Source: Thermotogaceae bacterium | Lineage (GTDB): Bacteria > Thermotogota > Thermotogae > B21-G9 > HyVt-16 | Reading direction: 5' to 3' | Assembly (NCBI GenBank): GCA_029981435.1 | Contig: JARRBB010000005.1 | Span: 1,934 to 65,933, forward strand | DNA: 64,000 bases | The notes under the pieces: model-generated | The model's input: the letters and a program-made list of their open reading frames with translations, nothing else | Databases searched by the model: none | Told to the model about the DNA's origin: nothing | Made by a program: the position numbers and the translations under genes | Shown: in pieces, positions 52,051 through 62,654 of the stretch | Layout of the letters: each line of letters begins with the position of its first letter | How positions within the stretch are numbered: position 1 is the first letter of the stretch

Positions 52051-53268
52051 ATGAGGATAAAGAAGTATCTTGTCAAAGACATTAAGGATGCTCTTATACA
52101 AATAAAACAGGAATTGGGAGAAAATGCGGTTATATTACAAACTCGAAAAATCCGCAAAGGCGGATTCCTTGGTATATTTGGAGGTGAAATTTTCACAGAA
52201 GTTACGGCTGTTGCTGAAGAGGAACCTGCATCCGTTGATTCGCAAAAAAGAAATCTTGAAGATAGAGAAACTCACCATGATACCATTTACAATTTGCGTG
52301 AGATACTTTCTCAGAACATAAGGAAAGAATCCAGTACATCCACAGAAAAAAATGAAATCAGAACCGATGATACCTCTTCTAAAAAAGAATTTAAGGATTC
52401 CTTCGAAATACTTAAAGATATGGAAGAAATAAAAAAGATGTTCAATCAGCTGAACATGAAAATAGAACTGCTTAACGGTGAATTAAGAGAGTTTCCTGTA
52501 AAGTTGAGACATCTGTTCAGAAAAATGTTGGAACAATCAGTGGATGAACCTCTGGCACTTCAAATTATAAGTGAAATGAAAAATATTGATTTTCTTGAAA
52601 ACTCAGAGTTAATGGAAACTCTCGCAAAAAAAATTTCGGGACTTATAAAAGTTGAAATTCCAAGTATCAGTAATGGAATTTCCATATTTTTGGGGCCAAC
52701 AGGGGTGGGGAAGACTACCACCCTTGCAAAACTGGCGGCCAATCTTAGATTAAAGCAGCAAAAAGAAGTTGCTATATTGACTATCGATACTTTCAGAATA
52801 GCGGCAGTAAGCCAATTGAAAACATACGCTGAAATAATGGACATACCATTTTTTGTCGCTTATACGCCCCAGGAAGCAAAAAATATTATAACAACCATTG
52901 GAAATTTTGATTCTATATTGATAGATACCGCCGGTAGAAGTCAAAAAGATGAGATACATCTCGATGAACTTAAGAAGTATATTGAGACTATAAATCCGAA
53001 TTACAGGTTCTTACTTCTGAATGTGGCTATAAATTTCAGAGATCTGATGGAAATTGTTGAAAGATTCTCTATTTGTAATCCAACACATATTATTTTCACC
53101 AAACTTGATGAAACCAACACTTTTGGTAATATATTAAACGTAGAAAACGCTTTTGAACTACCGGTGGCATTTGTCACAACTGGCCAGAACGTTCCTGAAG
53201 ATATTGAAAAAGCGGAACCCAGAAAATTAAGTGAACTGATTTTAAAAGAGGTGTTCAAAGATGTTTGA
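52051..53268 (+). CDS. flhF: Flagellar SRP-family GTPase FlhF
   Basis: GPTGVGKTTTLAKLA, DTFRIAA, IDTAGRS, TKLDET, GQNVPEDI. Confidence 0.96.
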   Translation: MRIKKYLVKDIKDALIQIKQELGENAVILQTRKIRKGGFLGIFGGEIFTEVTAVAEEEPASVDSQKRNLEDRETHHDTIYNLREILSQNIRKESSTSTEKNEIRTDDTSSKKEFKDSFEILKDMEEIKKMFNQLNMKIELLNGELREFPVKLRHLFRKMLEQSVDEPLALQIISEMKNIDFLENSELMETLAKKISGLIKVEIPSISNGISIFLGPTGVGKTTTLAKLAANLRLKQQKEVAILTIDTFRIAAVSQLKTYAEIMDIPFFVAYTPQEAKNIITTIGNFDSILIDTAGRSQKDEIHLDELKKYIETINPNYRFLLLNVAINFRDLMEIVERFSICNPTHIIFTKLDETNTFGNILNVENAFELPVAFVTTGQNVPEDIEKAEPRKLSELILKEVFKDV

Positions 53269-54115
53269 TCAGGCTCAAGCTCTCAGAAACAGTACTCTGA
53301 CAAACGATGTTAAGATAGTGATGGTTACAAGTGGAAAGGGAGGAGTAGGAAAATCAATAGTAGCAGCTAATACGGCCGTTTTACTTGCGAAAACTGGAAA
53401 AAGTGTTCTTCTTTTTGATGCTGATGTTGGTTTTGCAAACAGCGATATATTGCTCGGGGTAACTCCGAAAAATACCTTGAAGGATTTTTTGCTTAATAAA
53501 AAAGATTTGAGAGAGATAATCTATCCCACCAAGTATGGTGTCTGGTTATTAAGCAGTGGAGCCGATGTTCAGGATATAATAGTTTTCAAAAACGAATCAA
53601 AAAATAGATTGCTTGGTGATTTTTTAAAATTCGCTCAATCGATGGACTATATAGTCATAGATACCGGAGCAAGTATGAGTTACTTCGATGAACTGAGAGG
53701 GATGTACGAAGTTACCGATAATTTGATACTCGTGACAACTTGTGAACCAACATCTTTGATGAACACCTACACAGTGGCAAAACTGATGGCTATTCGTGGT
53801 ATAACCCCAGAAGTGCATGTGGTAGTGAATATGGTTAAAAACGTAAGGAGCGCGAGAAAAATTTTAGAGAGATTTGTCATGGTTCTTGAAAGATTTGCAG
53901 GGATAGATGTTGCAGAACAGCATATAATGTTATTGGATGAAACAGTGAAAAAAAGTGTCAACAATCAGGTTCCCCTTGTTGAATATTCACAAAGATCTCA
54001 ACCGGCTCTATGTATCAGAAGAATCGCGAATACCATCTTAAAATCAGAGGAGCTTGGAACTTCAAAAGTAGGTTTTGTCGAAAAGATTAAGTCAATGTTT
54101 GGAATAGGGGGATGA
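53261..54115 (+). CDS. flhG: MinD-like flagellar number regulator FlhG/FleN
   Basis: N-terminal DQAQAL, SGKGGVGKS, DADVG; position after flhF. Confidence 0.9.
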   Translation: MFDQAQALRNSTLTNDVKIVMVTSGKGGVGKSIVAANTAVLLAKTGKSVLLFDADVGFANSDILLGVTPKNTLKDFLLNKKDLREIIYPTKYGVWLLSSGADVQDIIVFKNESKNRLLGDFLKFAQSMDYIVIDTGASMSYFDELRGMYEVTDNLILVTTCEPTSLMNTYTVAKLMAIRGITPEVHVVVNMVKNVRSARKILERFVMVLERFAGIDVAEQHIMLLDETVKKSVNNQVPLVEYSQRSQPALCIRRIANTILKSEELGTSKVGFVEKIKSMFGIGG

Positions 54116-54801
54116 AATTGGTATTTGTCGAACTCCTTGAAACTGAAAAGATTATAAAACCCGGCTTACCAGTAATTTTAGAAACATCGGATCCGGAATA
54201 TTCAGGGGTTTACAAAAGCCTCATCCATGATTACTATCCTGATAGAAACCTTTTGAAGATAGCCATGCCGAGTTTTAAAGGTAGGCTGGTACCCATTGCA
54301 CCCGGAACTATCTTGTATGTTAAGATAGTTGATGGAAAATCACTTTATGCTTTCAACAGCAGAGTTATAAAATACGGTAAAGACGAAGAAGGATTCAACA
54401 TAACGTACATAAGTATCCCTGAAAAAATCCGAAGGATTCAGCGAAGAAGATTCGTGAGAGTAAATGCGGTCTTAACAGGGAAATTGAGATTTTCTGATAA
54501 AGACGAATACCTTCCTTTTATAACAAAAGACGTGAGTGCTGGAGGAGCTCTTATACTTGTAAAAGAACCGTTACCAACCGGAACGTTTATAAACGTCGAT
54601 CTAACATTCACACCTGAACTTGTTCTCAAAGATCAAAAGGCAAAAATAGTTAGAGATGCCGGTAAAAGTGAAGAAGGTTATTACACGTACGGTATAGAAT
54701 TCCAAGATTTACCCGATGCCATACAGTCGAAAATAATTAGATTTTGTTTTGATATAGAAAGAAAGGAGAGACTACAAAAAAAACTCGAGGAGGAATCTTA
54801 A
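54112..54801 (+). CDS. PilZ/YcgR-like c-di-GMP flagellar brake protein
   Basis: QRRRFVR and DVSAGG PilZ motifs. Confidence 0.9.
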   Translation: MKLVFVELLETEKIIKPGLPVILETSDPEYSGVYKSLIHDYYPDRNLLKIAMPSFKGRLVPIAPGTILYVKIVDGKSLYAFNSRVIKYGKDEEGFNITYISIPEKIRRIQRRRFVRVNAVLTGKLRFSDKDEYLPFITKDVSAGGALILVKEPLPTGTFINVDLTFTPELVLKDQKAKIVRDAGKSEEGYYTYGIEFQDLPDAIQSKIIRFCFDIERKERLQKKLEEES

Positions 54802-54802
54802 A

Positions 54803-55420
54803 ATGTCTATGTTCGAGAAGTTAAACGAATCACACATAGATTTGTTCAAAGAAATAGGAAACATTGGCGCCGGTAATGCTGCAACTTCACTTTCAATGAT
54901 GATGAATACTAAAGTAGATATATCCGTACCAAGCGCTCTGCTCGTACCAATTTCAAAGATTGCCCAGATTTTCGAAGATCCAGAAGAAATTGTAACTGGT
55001 GTGAGAATGGGAATTAAGGGAGACATCTCGGGATTTATACTGTTCGTAATAGATTCAAGTGGTACAAAAAAGGTACTGCAAAAACTTGTGGGGTATTCAC
55101 CGGAAAACCTCATGGAGATCGATGAGATGTCAAGGTCGGCCCTTCTGGAAGTTGGAAACATAGTTTGTGGTTCCTATTTGATAGCGCTTTCAAATTTTTC
55201 AGGATTGAATGTGAACGCAAGTGTGCCCGAACTCACAGTTGATATGATAAGTGCTATCGTTGCAGAAACATGTCTGGAACTTATGGATTACGAAGATTAT
55301 ACCTTAATAATTGAAACTAACACAATAATCGAAGACGAAAATATAAAAGGTTACTTGATGTTCCTTCCTGAAAGTCAGGGACTTAAGGAAATATTACAGC
55401 GAATGGGAATGGAAGTGTGA
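54803..55420 (+). CDS. cheC: Chemotaxis phosphatase CheC
   Basis: Two E..N motifs: KEIGNIGAGNAATSLS and SALLEVGNI. Confidence 0.95.
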   Translation: MSMFEKLNESHIDLFKEIGNIGAGNAATSLSMMMNTKVDISVPSALLVPISKIAQIFEDPEEIVTGVRMGIKGDISGFILFVIDSSGTKKVLQKLVGYSPENLMEIDEMSRSALLEVGNIVCGSYLIALSNFSGLNVNASVPELTVDMISAIVAETCLELMDYEDYTLIIETNTIIEDENIKGYLMFLPESQGLKEILQRMGMEV

Positions 55421-55423
55421 CAC

Positions 55424-55909
55424 ATGGCAGAAAAGATTATAATAGGTATAGGAGAATACAAAGCCGCTAAAAATCCTGCTATACTGGTTACCCTTGGATT
55501 AGGATCGTGTGTTGGAGTATGTATAAGAGATCCTCTAAACAGAGTTGGTGGTATGATACACGTTATGCTACCAAATAGTGGTGGTAGTGAGACTAAAAAC
55601 CCCGGGAAATATGCTGATACTGGTATACCTTTGCTTTTAGAAGAGATAAAAAAACTCGGCGGCAATCTAAACAACCTTGAAGCAAAGATAGCCGGCGGAG
55701 CCAACATGTTTAAAAATAGTGGTTCGTTAAATATAGGTATGAAAAATATTGAAGCTGTAAAAGAACAGATCAGGAAATATAAAATAAAATTACTCGCTGA
55801 AGACGTTGGGGGAAATAGAGCGCGAAGTATCGAATACAATATCTCAACAGGTGTTTTGCTTATTAGAGTTGTTGGTGGCGGTGAAAAGCTCGAGATTAAG
55901 GAGATATAA
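55424..55909 (+). CDS. cheD: Chemoreceptor glutamine deamidase CheD
   Basis: TLGLGSCVG, HVMLP, KYADT, KIAGGA, DVGG...R. Confidence 0.96.
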   Translation: MAEKIIIGIGEYKAAKNPAILVTLGLGSCVGVCIRDPLNRVGGMIHVMLPNSGGSETKNPGKYADTGIPLLLEEIKKLGGNLNNLEAKIAGGANMFKNSGSLNIGMKNIEAVKEQIRKYKIKLLAEDVGGNRARSIEYNISTGVLLIRVVGGGEKLEIKEI

Positions 55910-55911
55910 AT

Positions 55912-56673
55912 ATGGGAATTGAAAGATACAAGATATTTTCAAAATCCAAAAGTCCTGAATCGAAAGAAAAGATCATCGAGTTGATGTTGCCAAAAATAAA
56001 ATGGTTAGCTTTATCAATAGCGAAAGATTTACCAAAAAATGTCGACGTTGATGATCTGATCCAGGAAGGTGTTATAGGCCTTCTAAACGCCTTGGAAAAT
56101 TATGACCCTACAAAAGGAGCTTCCATAACAACTTATACCATGAAAAGAGTTAGAGGAGCTATGTATGACTATTTAAGAAAAATAGATTGGATGCCCCGAG
56201 GTGTTAGAAAAAAGGTAAAAGAAGTGGAAGAGGCTATACTCGTTCTGGAAGGTAAACTTCAGAAGATTCCTGACGATAAGGAAATAGCAGAATATTTAGA
56301 TATGAAAGAAGAAGATGTTAAAAACATAAAAAATGAGATGGCCAGAAGGCAAATATTTTCACTCGATTCTTATTTACTTGATGATTCAGAAGATTCTCCA
56401 ATCGAACGGATCGAATCCAGAGAACTTAACCCAGAACAGGAATACGAAAAAGAAGAACTAATAGAAGCTTTGAAGAAGTCAATTTCAAAACTTTCCGAAA
56501 GAGAACAACTGGTGATATCGCTGTATTATATCGAAGAACTGAACTTCAAGGAAATTGGGAAGGTCTTAAATGTGAGTGAATCAAGGATATCGCAGATACA
56601 TTCCGCTGCATTGATTAAGATCAAGAATTATATGAAAGAGTTTTTTGGGAGTGATTTAAATGAGACCGGTTGA
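55912..56673 (+). CDS. fliA: Flagellar sigma factor (sigma28, FliA/WhiG)
   Basis: DDLIQEG.IGL, RVRGAM.D.LR..DW.PR, EIG.VL.VSESRISQIH. Confidence 0.96.
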   Translation: MGIERYKIFSKSKSPESKEKIIELMLPKIKWLALSIAKDLPKNVDVDDLIQEGVIGLLNALENYDPTKGASITTYTMKRVRGAMYDYLRKIDWMPRGVRKKVKEVEEAILVLEGKLQKIPDDKEIAEYLDMKEEDVKNIKNEMARRQIFSLDSYLLDDSEDSPIERIESRELNPEQEYEKEELIEALKKSISKLSEREQLVISLYYIEELNFKEIGKVLNVSESRISQIHSAALIKIKNYMKEFFGSDLNETG

Positions 56674-56962
56674 TATTCAGATTTCTTTAATAAGAGGGCC
56701 TGAAGCCGTTCAATTGCTCAGCCAAAGCTATGAAGCCATGTCAGCTACACAACAGACAAATGCTCACGAATTCATACTCAGAACACGTCAAGAAACAGAA
56801 CAGGTCAACAGTAAAGACAATGTTAGTGAAGCGAGTATGAAGAACTCGACAGAAAAAGAAGGTAGAACTTTTCAAATGGTTGCCAGGAAAAAGAGAAAAG
56901 ATGATAAGAATGATATTTCAAAAGACGAATATAGAGGAAAATTTATAGACGTGAGATTATGA
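56660..56962 (+). CDS. Hypothetical protein, flagellar-cluster associated
   Basis: Overlaps fliA; MRPVDIQ N-terminus and GKFIDVRL C-terminus. Confidence 0.7.
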   Translation: MRPVDIQISLIRGPEAVQLLSQSYEAMSATQQTNAHEFILRTRQETEQVNSKDNVSEASMKNSTEKEGRTFQMVARKKRKDDKNDISKDEYRGKFIDVRL

Positions 56963-57489
56963 ACAAAGAACTATTCTTCCTGAAGCTTTTTAATGTAAAT
57001 TCTGAGATCTTTCTTGGAGGCCTTTTAAAGACAGACTTACTTGGTATACCTGTTGATTTCAAATACGTAGAACCAATAAAGCCAACGAAACTCCAGAAGA
57101 TACTCTATGGAAAATCACTCGAGCATTTTATTAACTTCGAACTTATATCCAAGAATCTTCTCAACGAAGTTTCTGAAAATTCGCTGGTTTTTGTTGACGA
57201 TTTGTTGATCTTTGAGTTTCATGAAAAAGAGAATGTCGTATTTTTGAGCTTGTTTAAAGATAAAGTGGAACTTCCTGATAAGGATCAGAGAATAATAGAA
57301 TTCAAAAAAAACGAGAACGAGTATCTGGTAACGCTTGGTAATTTAAATTACAGACTGAAATTTAAAGCACAGCCTTCAGAAGAACTTCAAAATCTTATAA
57401 TAGAGGCAACTGAAAACTTCGAACTGCTGGAGCCCTTTTCGAGAATTTCGGAGGCATTGGAGCATATATGGCAAAATTCCTCGAAATAA
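56959..57489 (+). CDS. Hypothetical protein
   Basis: ATGA-coupled; GG.L.TD..G.P.DFKY.EPIKP..LQ.ILYG motif looks conserved. Confidence 0.7.
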   Translation: MNKELFFLKLFNVNSEIFLGGLLKTDLLGIPVDFKYVEPIKPTKLQKILYGKSLEHFINFELISKNLLNEVSENSLVFVDDLLIFEFHEKENVVFLSLFKDKVELPDKDQRIIEFKKNENEYLVTLGNLNYRLKFKAQPSEELQNLIIEATENFELLEPFSRISEALEHIWQNSSK

Positions 57490-58160
57490 TGAAAGAACTG
57501 TGGCAAACCTTGAAGCGTGAGTTTTTTCCTCCAAAAACATTTCATTATGTTCCTTTATTGAAAACAAAAATCAATACTGCCGGACTCATAAAATGTAATG
57601 TTCTGGAATTTGATCCTGGAGATTTTGAATTGATAAAGAAAATTGAAAATACATCTTTTGAATTTTACATAAATTCTGAAAGCTTTTTCTTCCCTAATGA
57701 AATTCAAATAAAAGAAACTGATTTACAAAATATCAATTCAATCGAAACTTCAACTGTTGATCTGTTTTTCGCGTTTCAGAAAAATGACGTGAAAAATGTA
57801 AACATGAAACCATCGAGAAAAATCGCTTTGAAACTTGTAAAAGATTCTGTAAATTTAAGAAAATATCCCGAAAATCTTCTGTTCGAAAAATTCTATATAA
57901 AGAAATACCCGGTATATGACGTTCAAAAAGAAAAAGTTTTAGAATCTCTTGCAAAACTTATCAAAACCTTTGGAATCAATCCTCAAAATCTGAAATTTGT
58001 GGGGGTTTTTAAAAACGTACCTTTGAAAAATATAGACAGTATGCTCGTTGAAAATGATAAAATCATCCTTGAATTCAAGAAGTCCAATGAAAAAATTATC
58101 AAAAACATTATAGTTGTGAGGGAAAAAAGCAGTGGAAAAATATTCTTTTACCCATTCTGA
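57468..58160 (+). CDS. Hypothetical protein
   Basis: 230-aa ORF that fills the gap and overlaps both neighbours; no recognisable motif. Confidence 0.6.
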   Translation: MAKFLEIMKELWQTLKREFFPPKTFHYVPLLKTKINTAGLIKCNVLEFDPGDFELIKKIENTSFEFYINSESFFFPNEIQIKETDLQNINSIETSTVDLFFAFQKNDVKNVNMKPSRKIALKLVKDSVNLRKYPENLLFEKFYIKKYPVYDVQKEKVLESLAKLIKTFGINPQNLKFVGVFKNVPLKNIDSMLVENDKIILEFKKSNEKIIKNIIVVREKSSGKIFFYPF

Positions 58161-61100
58161 GATTAATATTAACGAGATCCACGATTGTATAGCTTTAAAG
58201 CGTAATTTAAGAATAAACCTTGAAAAACTCGAAGAAATCGCAGAACTTTCCTTTCAAGTTGCCGAAGAAGGGCACAATGTTTTTTTAATCCTTTCAAATG
58301 AAAGAGAAGTTATGGAAATGCATCTGAACATGAGTGAATACTCCGACCGGGTTTTCAGCTTTCCTGCCCATGACATTCTTCCATTTGAATTGGTTAGTTC
58401 TTCAGTTAGTGAACGTTCAAAAAGAATAAACACACTGTTCAATCTCTACAGAAAGGAGAATGGAATATATATAACAAGCTTCGAAGGTGCACTCCAGAAA
58501 ACTGTTCCACCTGAGAATTTTCCGAATATGTTCCTGGTGTTGAAGGAAGGATTTAAAATCAATGAGGAATTCTTTGATAAGTTAAAAAAGTTTGGATATG
58601 AGCGGGTTGAAACTGTAAGAGAGATAGGAGAATTTGCAAGAAGAGGTTTCGTAATAGATGTATTTTCACCCTATCATGACAAACCTGTGAGAATCGAACT
58701 TTTAGACGATGAGATAATAGAGCTCAGAACATTTGATCCAGATACTCAAAGGAGTATATCAAAGATACGAAACTTCATATTGTTGCCTGTTCATGAATAC
58801 ATTCTGGACAGAGAGAGTTTGAATAATTTTGAAAAAGAAATCGAAGACTTGAAAAAGAGATTTCCAAAGTTCCAGGATTTTCTAGAGAGATTGACAATTG
58901 ACTTGTCAGTTTTAGATCCCCTCAGTGGTATATTTTATAGATCAAGTGCGTGCATCGTTGATTATGTAGAAAGGATAGATAATACGGTTGTCATCATTAA
59001 AGATGTGTTGGGTTCGTTAAAAAATTTTTACGATCACAGAGAAGCCATCGTTGATCTCTATGGTGACCCATTTTACAACTATCTGTATCACAGATTTTCC
59101 AAGTTTGATCCAGAGGTTATCATCAGGGGTAGATTTTCTAAGATATTTTTGGCAAACCAAGTGGAAGATATTCCATTTGAATACTATAAAGAATTTACCC
59201 CGAGGTTTGAAAAAAGGAAAACTCGTATAAAGTTGAAAAGCCTCCCTGAGTTTTTGAAAATTCCAACCAAACCTCTGGAAGATTGGGAAGAGCTGAAGGA
59301 AGGAGATTATGTAGTTCACAAGGACTACGGTATAGGAAAATTCATAGGAATAAAGAAGATAACAAATCAATTTGGAACGAAAGAATACTTCGAACTCCTT
59401 TATTCAAACAATACCAAACTTTACGTACCAGTTGAAAGGATGCACAGACTTCACAGATACATAGGCAACGTTGAGGAAATAAAGCTTGGGAATCTGAGTA
59501 ACACCAGTAATTGGGAAAGAACAAAGAAAAAAGCAAGGGAAGAAATAGAAAAAAAGGTACAAGAGCTGTTAAAAATATATGCTCTAAGGCTCAAAATGAC
59601 TAAAAAACCTTCTCTTGGCGATCAGGAGCTTGAAAGTCGTTTTTTCGAATCCTTTCCTCACGTTGAAACAGAAGATCAACTGAAGGTCACAGAAGAGATC
59701 TTAAATGATATGGCGGATATAAAACCAATGGATAGACTTTTATGCGGAGATTCCGGTGCTGGTAAAACAGAAGTTGCTATGCGCGCTGCTTTCAGGGCGG
59801 TGGTCAGTGGGAAGCAGGTTGCTTTTCTGGTACCAACAACTATTCTGGCAAAACAACACTATTTGAATTTCAAAGATAGAATGGAAAAATTTGGTGTGAA
59901 AATAGAATTTCTGGATCGATTAAAGACATCCAAAGAGATAGAAAAGATACTCAAAGAATTGGAAAACGGAAGTATAGATATAATAATTGGAACACACAGA
60001 TTGCTCTCTAAGGATGTGAAACTTAAGAACCTTGGACTGGTTATAATTGATGAAGAACACAGATTCGGTGTGGCACAGAAAGAGAAGCTGAAAAAACATA
60101 GATTGACTGTGGATGTACTCAGTCTATCTGCAACTCCAATTCCAAGGACTCTGTACATGTCTCTTAGTGGTATAAGAGATATATCCGTTATAAAGACCCT
60201 ACCACCAGGAAGAGTACCGGTTGAAATAATAGTTAGTAAATACGATCAGAGAATCGTCAAAACAGCCATTCTGAGAGAAATTTCAAGAGGTGGACAGGTT
60301 CTATACGTCCATAATCGTGTAAGGGATTTAGATGATGTACTTTTGAAACTCAGAGAAATGTTCCCAGATCTGAAAATTGATATTGCTCATGGTCAGATGA
60401 GTAAGAGGCACTTCGATAGAGTTATATCTGATTTCTACGACGGAAAACTGGATGTATTAATATCTACAACGATAGTAGAAAATGGGGTTGATGTTCCAAA
60501 CGCAAATACTCTGATCGTTGATGATGCACATAGATATGGTCTTGCACAGCTTTATCAGATAAGAGGAAGGGTTGGGAGGGGTAACAGGAGAGCTTTTGCA
60601 TATTTTCTTTATCCTTCCAATCTTAAATTGAAAAATGAGGCAGCTGAAAGACTCAATGCTATAAGAGAATTTGGAAAACCAGGTGGTGGTTTCAAACTTT
60701 CACTGAAAGACATGGAAATACGTGGAATCGGTAACGTTTTTGGATTTGAACAGCATGGACACATAAATGCAATAGGTCTTTATATGTATCGTGAGATGCT
60801 CGAAAATGTTTTGAAGAAGTACAGAGGTGACGAGACGCTGAATGAACTTGAAGAAAATATAATAGATGTCGAACTGAAAGGTTTTAAAATGGATGTACTG
60901 ATACCGCAGGATTATATTCCTGATTCTCTTGAGCGGATGAAAATATACCGTAAAATAGCACAAAGCAGAAACTGTGATGAGATAAATGATATTGAGAAGG
61001 AACTGAGAGATAGGTTTGGAAAAATACCTGATTCTGTGTTCAATCTCCTTGACTATGCAAGAATAAGAATCATGGCGAGCAAATATGGTGTAAACCGAAT

Positions 61101-61299
61101 ATCTCTTGAAAATAGCACTTTGAAATTTGGTTTTGAAGAAGAAGAACAGGCTCGCAATGTGTATAAGATCATAACAAACGGGACAGTTCTTGATGGAGAG
61201 TTGATAATTTACAATTTCCATTTCAAAGAACCTGTTAAAAAACTTCTGGAGATTTTGAGTAAGCTTCAAAAGGAGGTAATCGATTGTTCGATACAATAG
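58132..61299 (+). CDS. mfd: Transcription-repair coupling factor Mfd
   Basis: GEFARRG..IDVF, RID motif GDYVVH..YGIG, MDRLLCGDSGAGKT, IIDEEHRFG, SATPIPRT, Q.RGRVGR, D.EIRG.G. Confidence 0.96.
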   Translation: MEKYSFTHSEININEIHDCIALKRNLRINLEKLEEIAELSFQVAEEGHNVFLILSNEREVMEMHLNMSEYSDRVFSFPAHDILPFELVSSSVSERSKRINTLFNLYRKENGIYITSFEGALQKTVPPENFPNMFLVLKEGFKINEEFFDKLKKFGYERVETVREIGEFARRGFVIDVFSPYHDKPVRIELLDDEIIELRTFDPDTQRSISKIRNFILLPVHEYILDRESLNNFEKEIEDLKKRFPKFQDFLERLTIDLSVLDPLSGIFYRSSACIVDYVERIDNTVVIIKDVLGSLKNFYDHREAIVDLYGDPFYNYLYHRFSKFDPEVIIRGRFSKIFLANQVEDIPFEYYKEFTPRFEKRKTRIKLKSLPEFLKIPTKPLEDWEELKEGDYVVHKDYGIGKFIGIKKITNQFGTKEYFELLYSNNTKLYVPVERMHRLHRYIGNVEEIKLGNLSNTSNWERTKKKAREEIEKKVQELLKIYALRLKMTKKPSLGDQELESRFFESFPHVETEDQLKVTEEILNDMADIKPMDRLLCGDSGAGKTEVAMRAAFRAVVSGKQVAFLVPTTILAKQHYLNFKDRMEKFGVKIEFLDRLKTSKEIEKILKELENGSIDIIIGTHRLLSKDVKLKNLGLVIIDEEHRFGVAQKEKLKKHRLTVDVLSLSATPIPRTLYMSLSGIRDISVIKTLPPGRVPVEIIVSKYDQRIVKTAILREISRGGQVLYVHNRVRDLDDVLLKLREMFPDLKIDIAHGQMSKRHFDRVISDFYDGKLDVLISTTIVENGVDVPNANTLIVDDAHRYGLAQLYQIRGRVGRGNRRAFAYFLYPSNLKLKNEAAERLNAIREFGKPGGGFKLSLKDMEIRGIGNVFGFEQHGHINAIGLYMYREMLENVLKKYRGDETLNELEENIIDVELKGFKMDVLIPQDYIPDSLERMKIYRKIAQSRNCDEINDIEKELRDRFGKIPDSVFNLLDYARIRIMASKYGVNRISLENSTLKFGFEEEEQARNVYKIITNGTVLDGELIIYNFHFKEPVKKLLEILSKLQKEVIDCSIQ

Positions 61300-62654
61300 C
61301 TGCGATTGCTACACCTCATGGAACTGGAGCAATTGCAATTATTAGAATAAGTGGGCCTGATACGCTTGATATTGTAAGAAAAATTTTCAGATTCAATACC
61401 AGACTGAGTGAAATAAAACCCCGTTACGCCTATTACGGCAAAATAGTTGACCCTTTCACCAATGAAGTAATCGATACAGGTATATGCCTTTACTACAAAC
61501 AACCAAAAAGTTACACGGGTGAAGATATGGCAGAAATTTGCTGTCATGGAGGCATCCTGGTGAGCTCGAGAGTTCTCGAAGCTGTTTTGATGTCAGGTGC
61601 AAGAGTTGCAGAAGCGGGCGAATTCACCAAAAGAGCATTTTTAAATGGAAAGCTGGATCTCGTTCAAGCCGAAGCAGTAAACGATCTTATAAATTCCAAA
61701 ACTGATCTGATGTTGAGTATGTCTAATTCGTTATTGATAGGCGAGGGATCCGAGAAAATTAAAAAACTCAGAAATGAACTTTTGAATATTTCTGCTGAAA
61801 TAGAAGTCCATATAGATTATCCTGAAGAAGATTTAGAAGAAGAGAATTTCGAAGACATTTTTCAAAGCTTGAAAAACCTGTACAACGATATGAAAGAACT
61901 ACTGCAAAATGCCAATAATGGTATAATCCTGAAAAACGGTATAAGTACCGTTATCGTTGGAAAACCGAACGTTGGTAAATCCACCCTGCTCAATAGACTT
62001 TTGAGAGAAGATCGAGCCATTGTAACTGATGTTCCGGGAACTACGAGGGATATAATAATCGAGAATCTCAACATAAAAGGTATACTGTTGAAAGTGATCG
62101 ATACAGCTGGAATAAGAGAAAGCGTGGATACTGTTGAAAAAATAGGGATAGAAAGGACTGTTCAGGAGATCGAAAAGGCAGATCTAATCCTGTTCGTTAT
62201 TGATGCTTCTGAACCTCTTGATGAAAATGATTTGAGAATCATAGATCTTATAAAATCAAAGAATCACCTTGTGATCTTAAACAAAAAAGACCTCGATTCG
62301 AAAATAAGTATCGAGAGCATTAAAAAACTTTTCAATGAAGAAAAGAATATCGTTGAAATATCAGCTTTAAAAGGAGAAGGCCTCGAAAAATTAGAGAACG
62401 CTATATACTCAAAAGTAAAAGAAATGGTGAAATTAGATGTCAAACCTGTTGTAATGAATTCCAGGCAAAAAGTTGCTCTTGAAAGAAGTTTTTCGGCTAT
62501 TAAAGAAGCCTTGGAAAATTTTGAGCTTTATCCAATTGACGTTGTATCCATAAGTATAAGAAAGGGTATAGAACATCTTGATGAACTACTCGGATTGAAA
62601 TATTCCGATGATCTTCTGGAAAACATATTCAAGAATTTTTGCGTTGGCAAATGA
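61284..62654 (+). CDS. mnmE: tRNA U34 modification GTPase MnmE (TrmE)
   Basis: DTIAAIAT, GKPNVGKS, PGTTRD, DTAGIR, C-terminal FCVGK. Confidence 0.98.
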   Translation: MFDTIAAIATPHGTGAIAIIRISGPDTLDIVRKIFRFNTRLSEIKPRYAYYGKIVDPFTNEVIDTGICLYYKQPKSYTGEDMAEICCHGGILVSSRVLEAVLMSGARVAEAGEFTKRAFLNGKLDLVQAEAVNDLINSKTDLMLSMSNSLLIGEGSEKIKKLRNELLNISAEIEVHIDYPEEDLEEENFEDIFQSLKNLYNDMKELLQNANNGIILKNGISTVIVGKPNVGKSTLLNRLLREDRAIVTDVPGTTRDIIIENLNIKGILLKVIDTAGIRESVDTVEKIGIERTVQEIEKADLILFVIDASEPLDENDLRIIDLIKSKNHLVILNKKDLDSKISIESIKKLFNEEKNIVEISALKGEGLEKLENAIYSKVKEMVKLDVKPVVMNSRQKVALERSFSAIKEALENFELYPIDVVSISIRKGIEHLDELLGLKYSDDLLENIFKNFCVGK

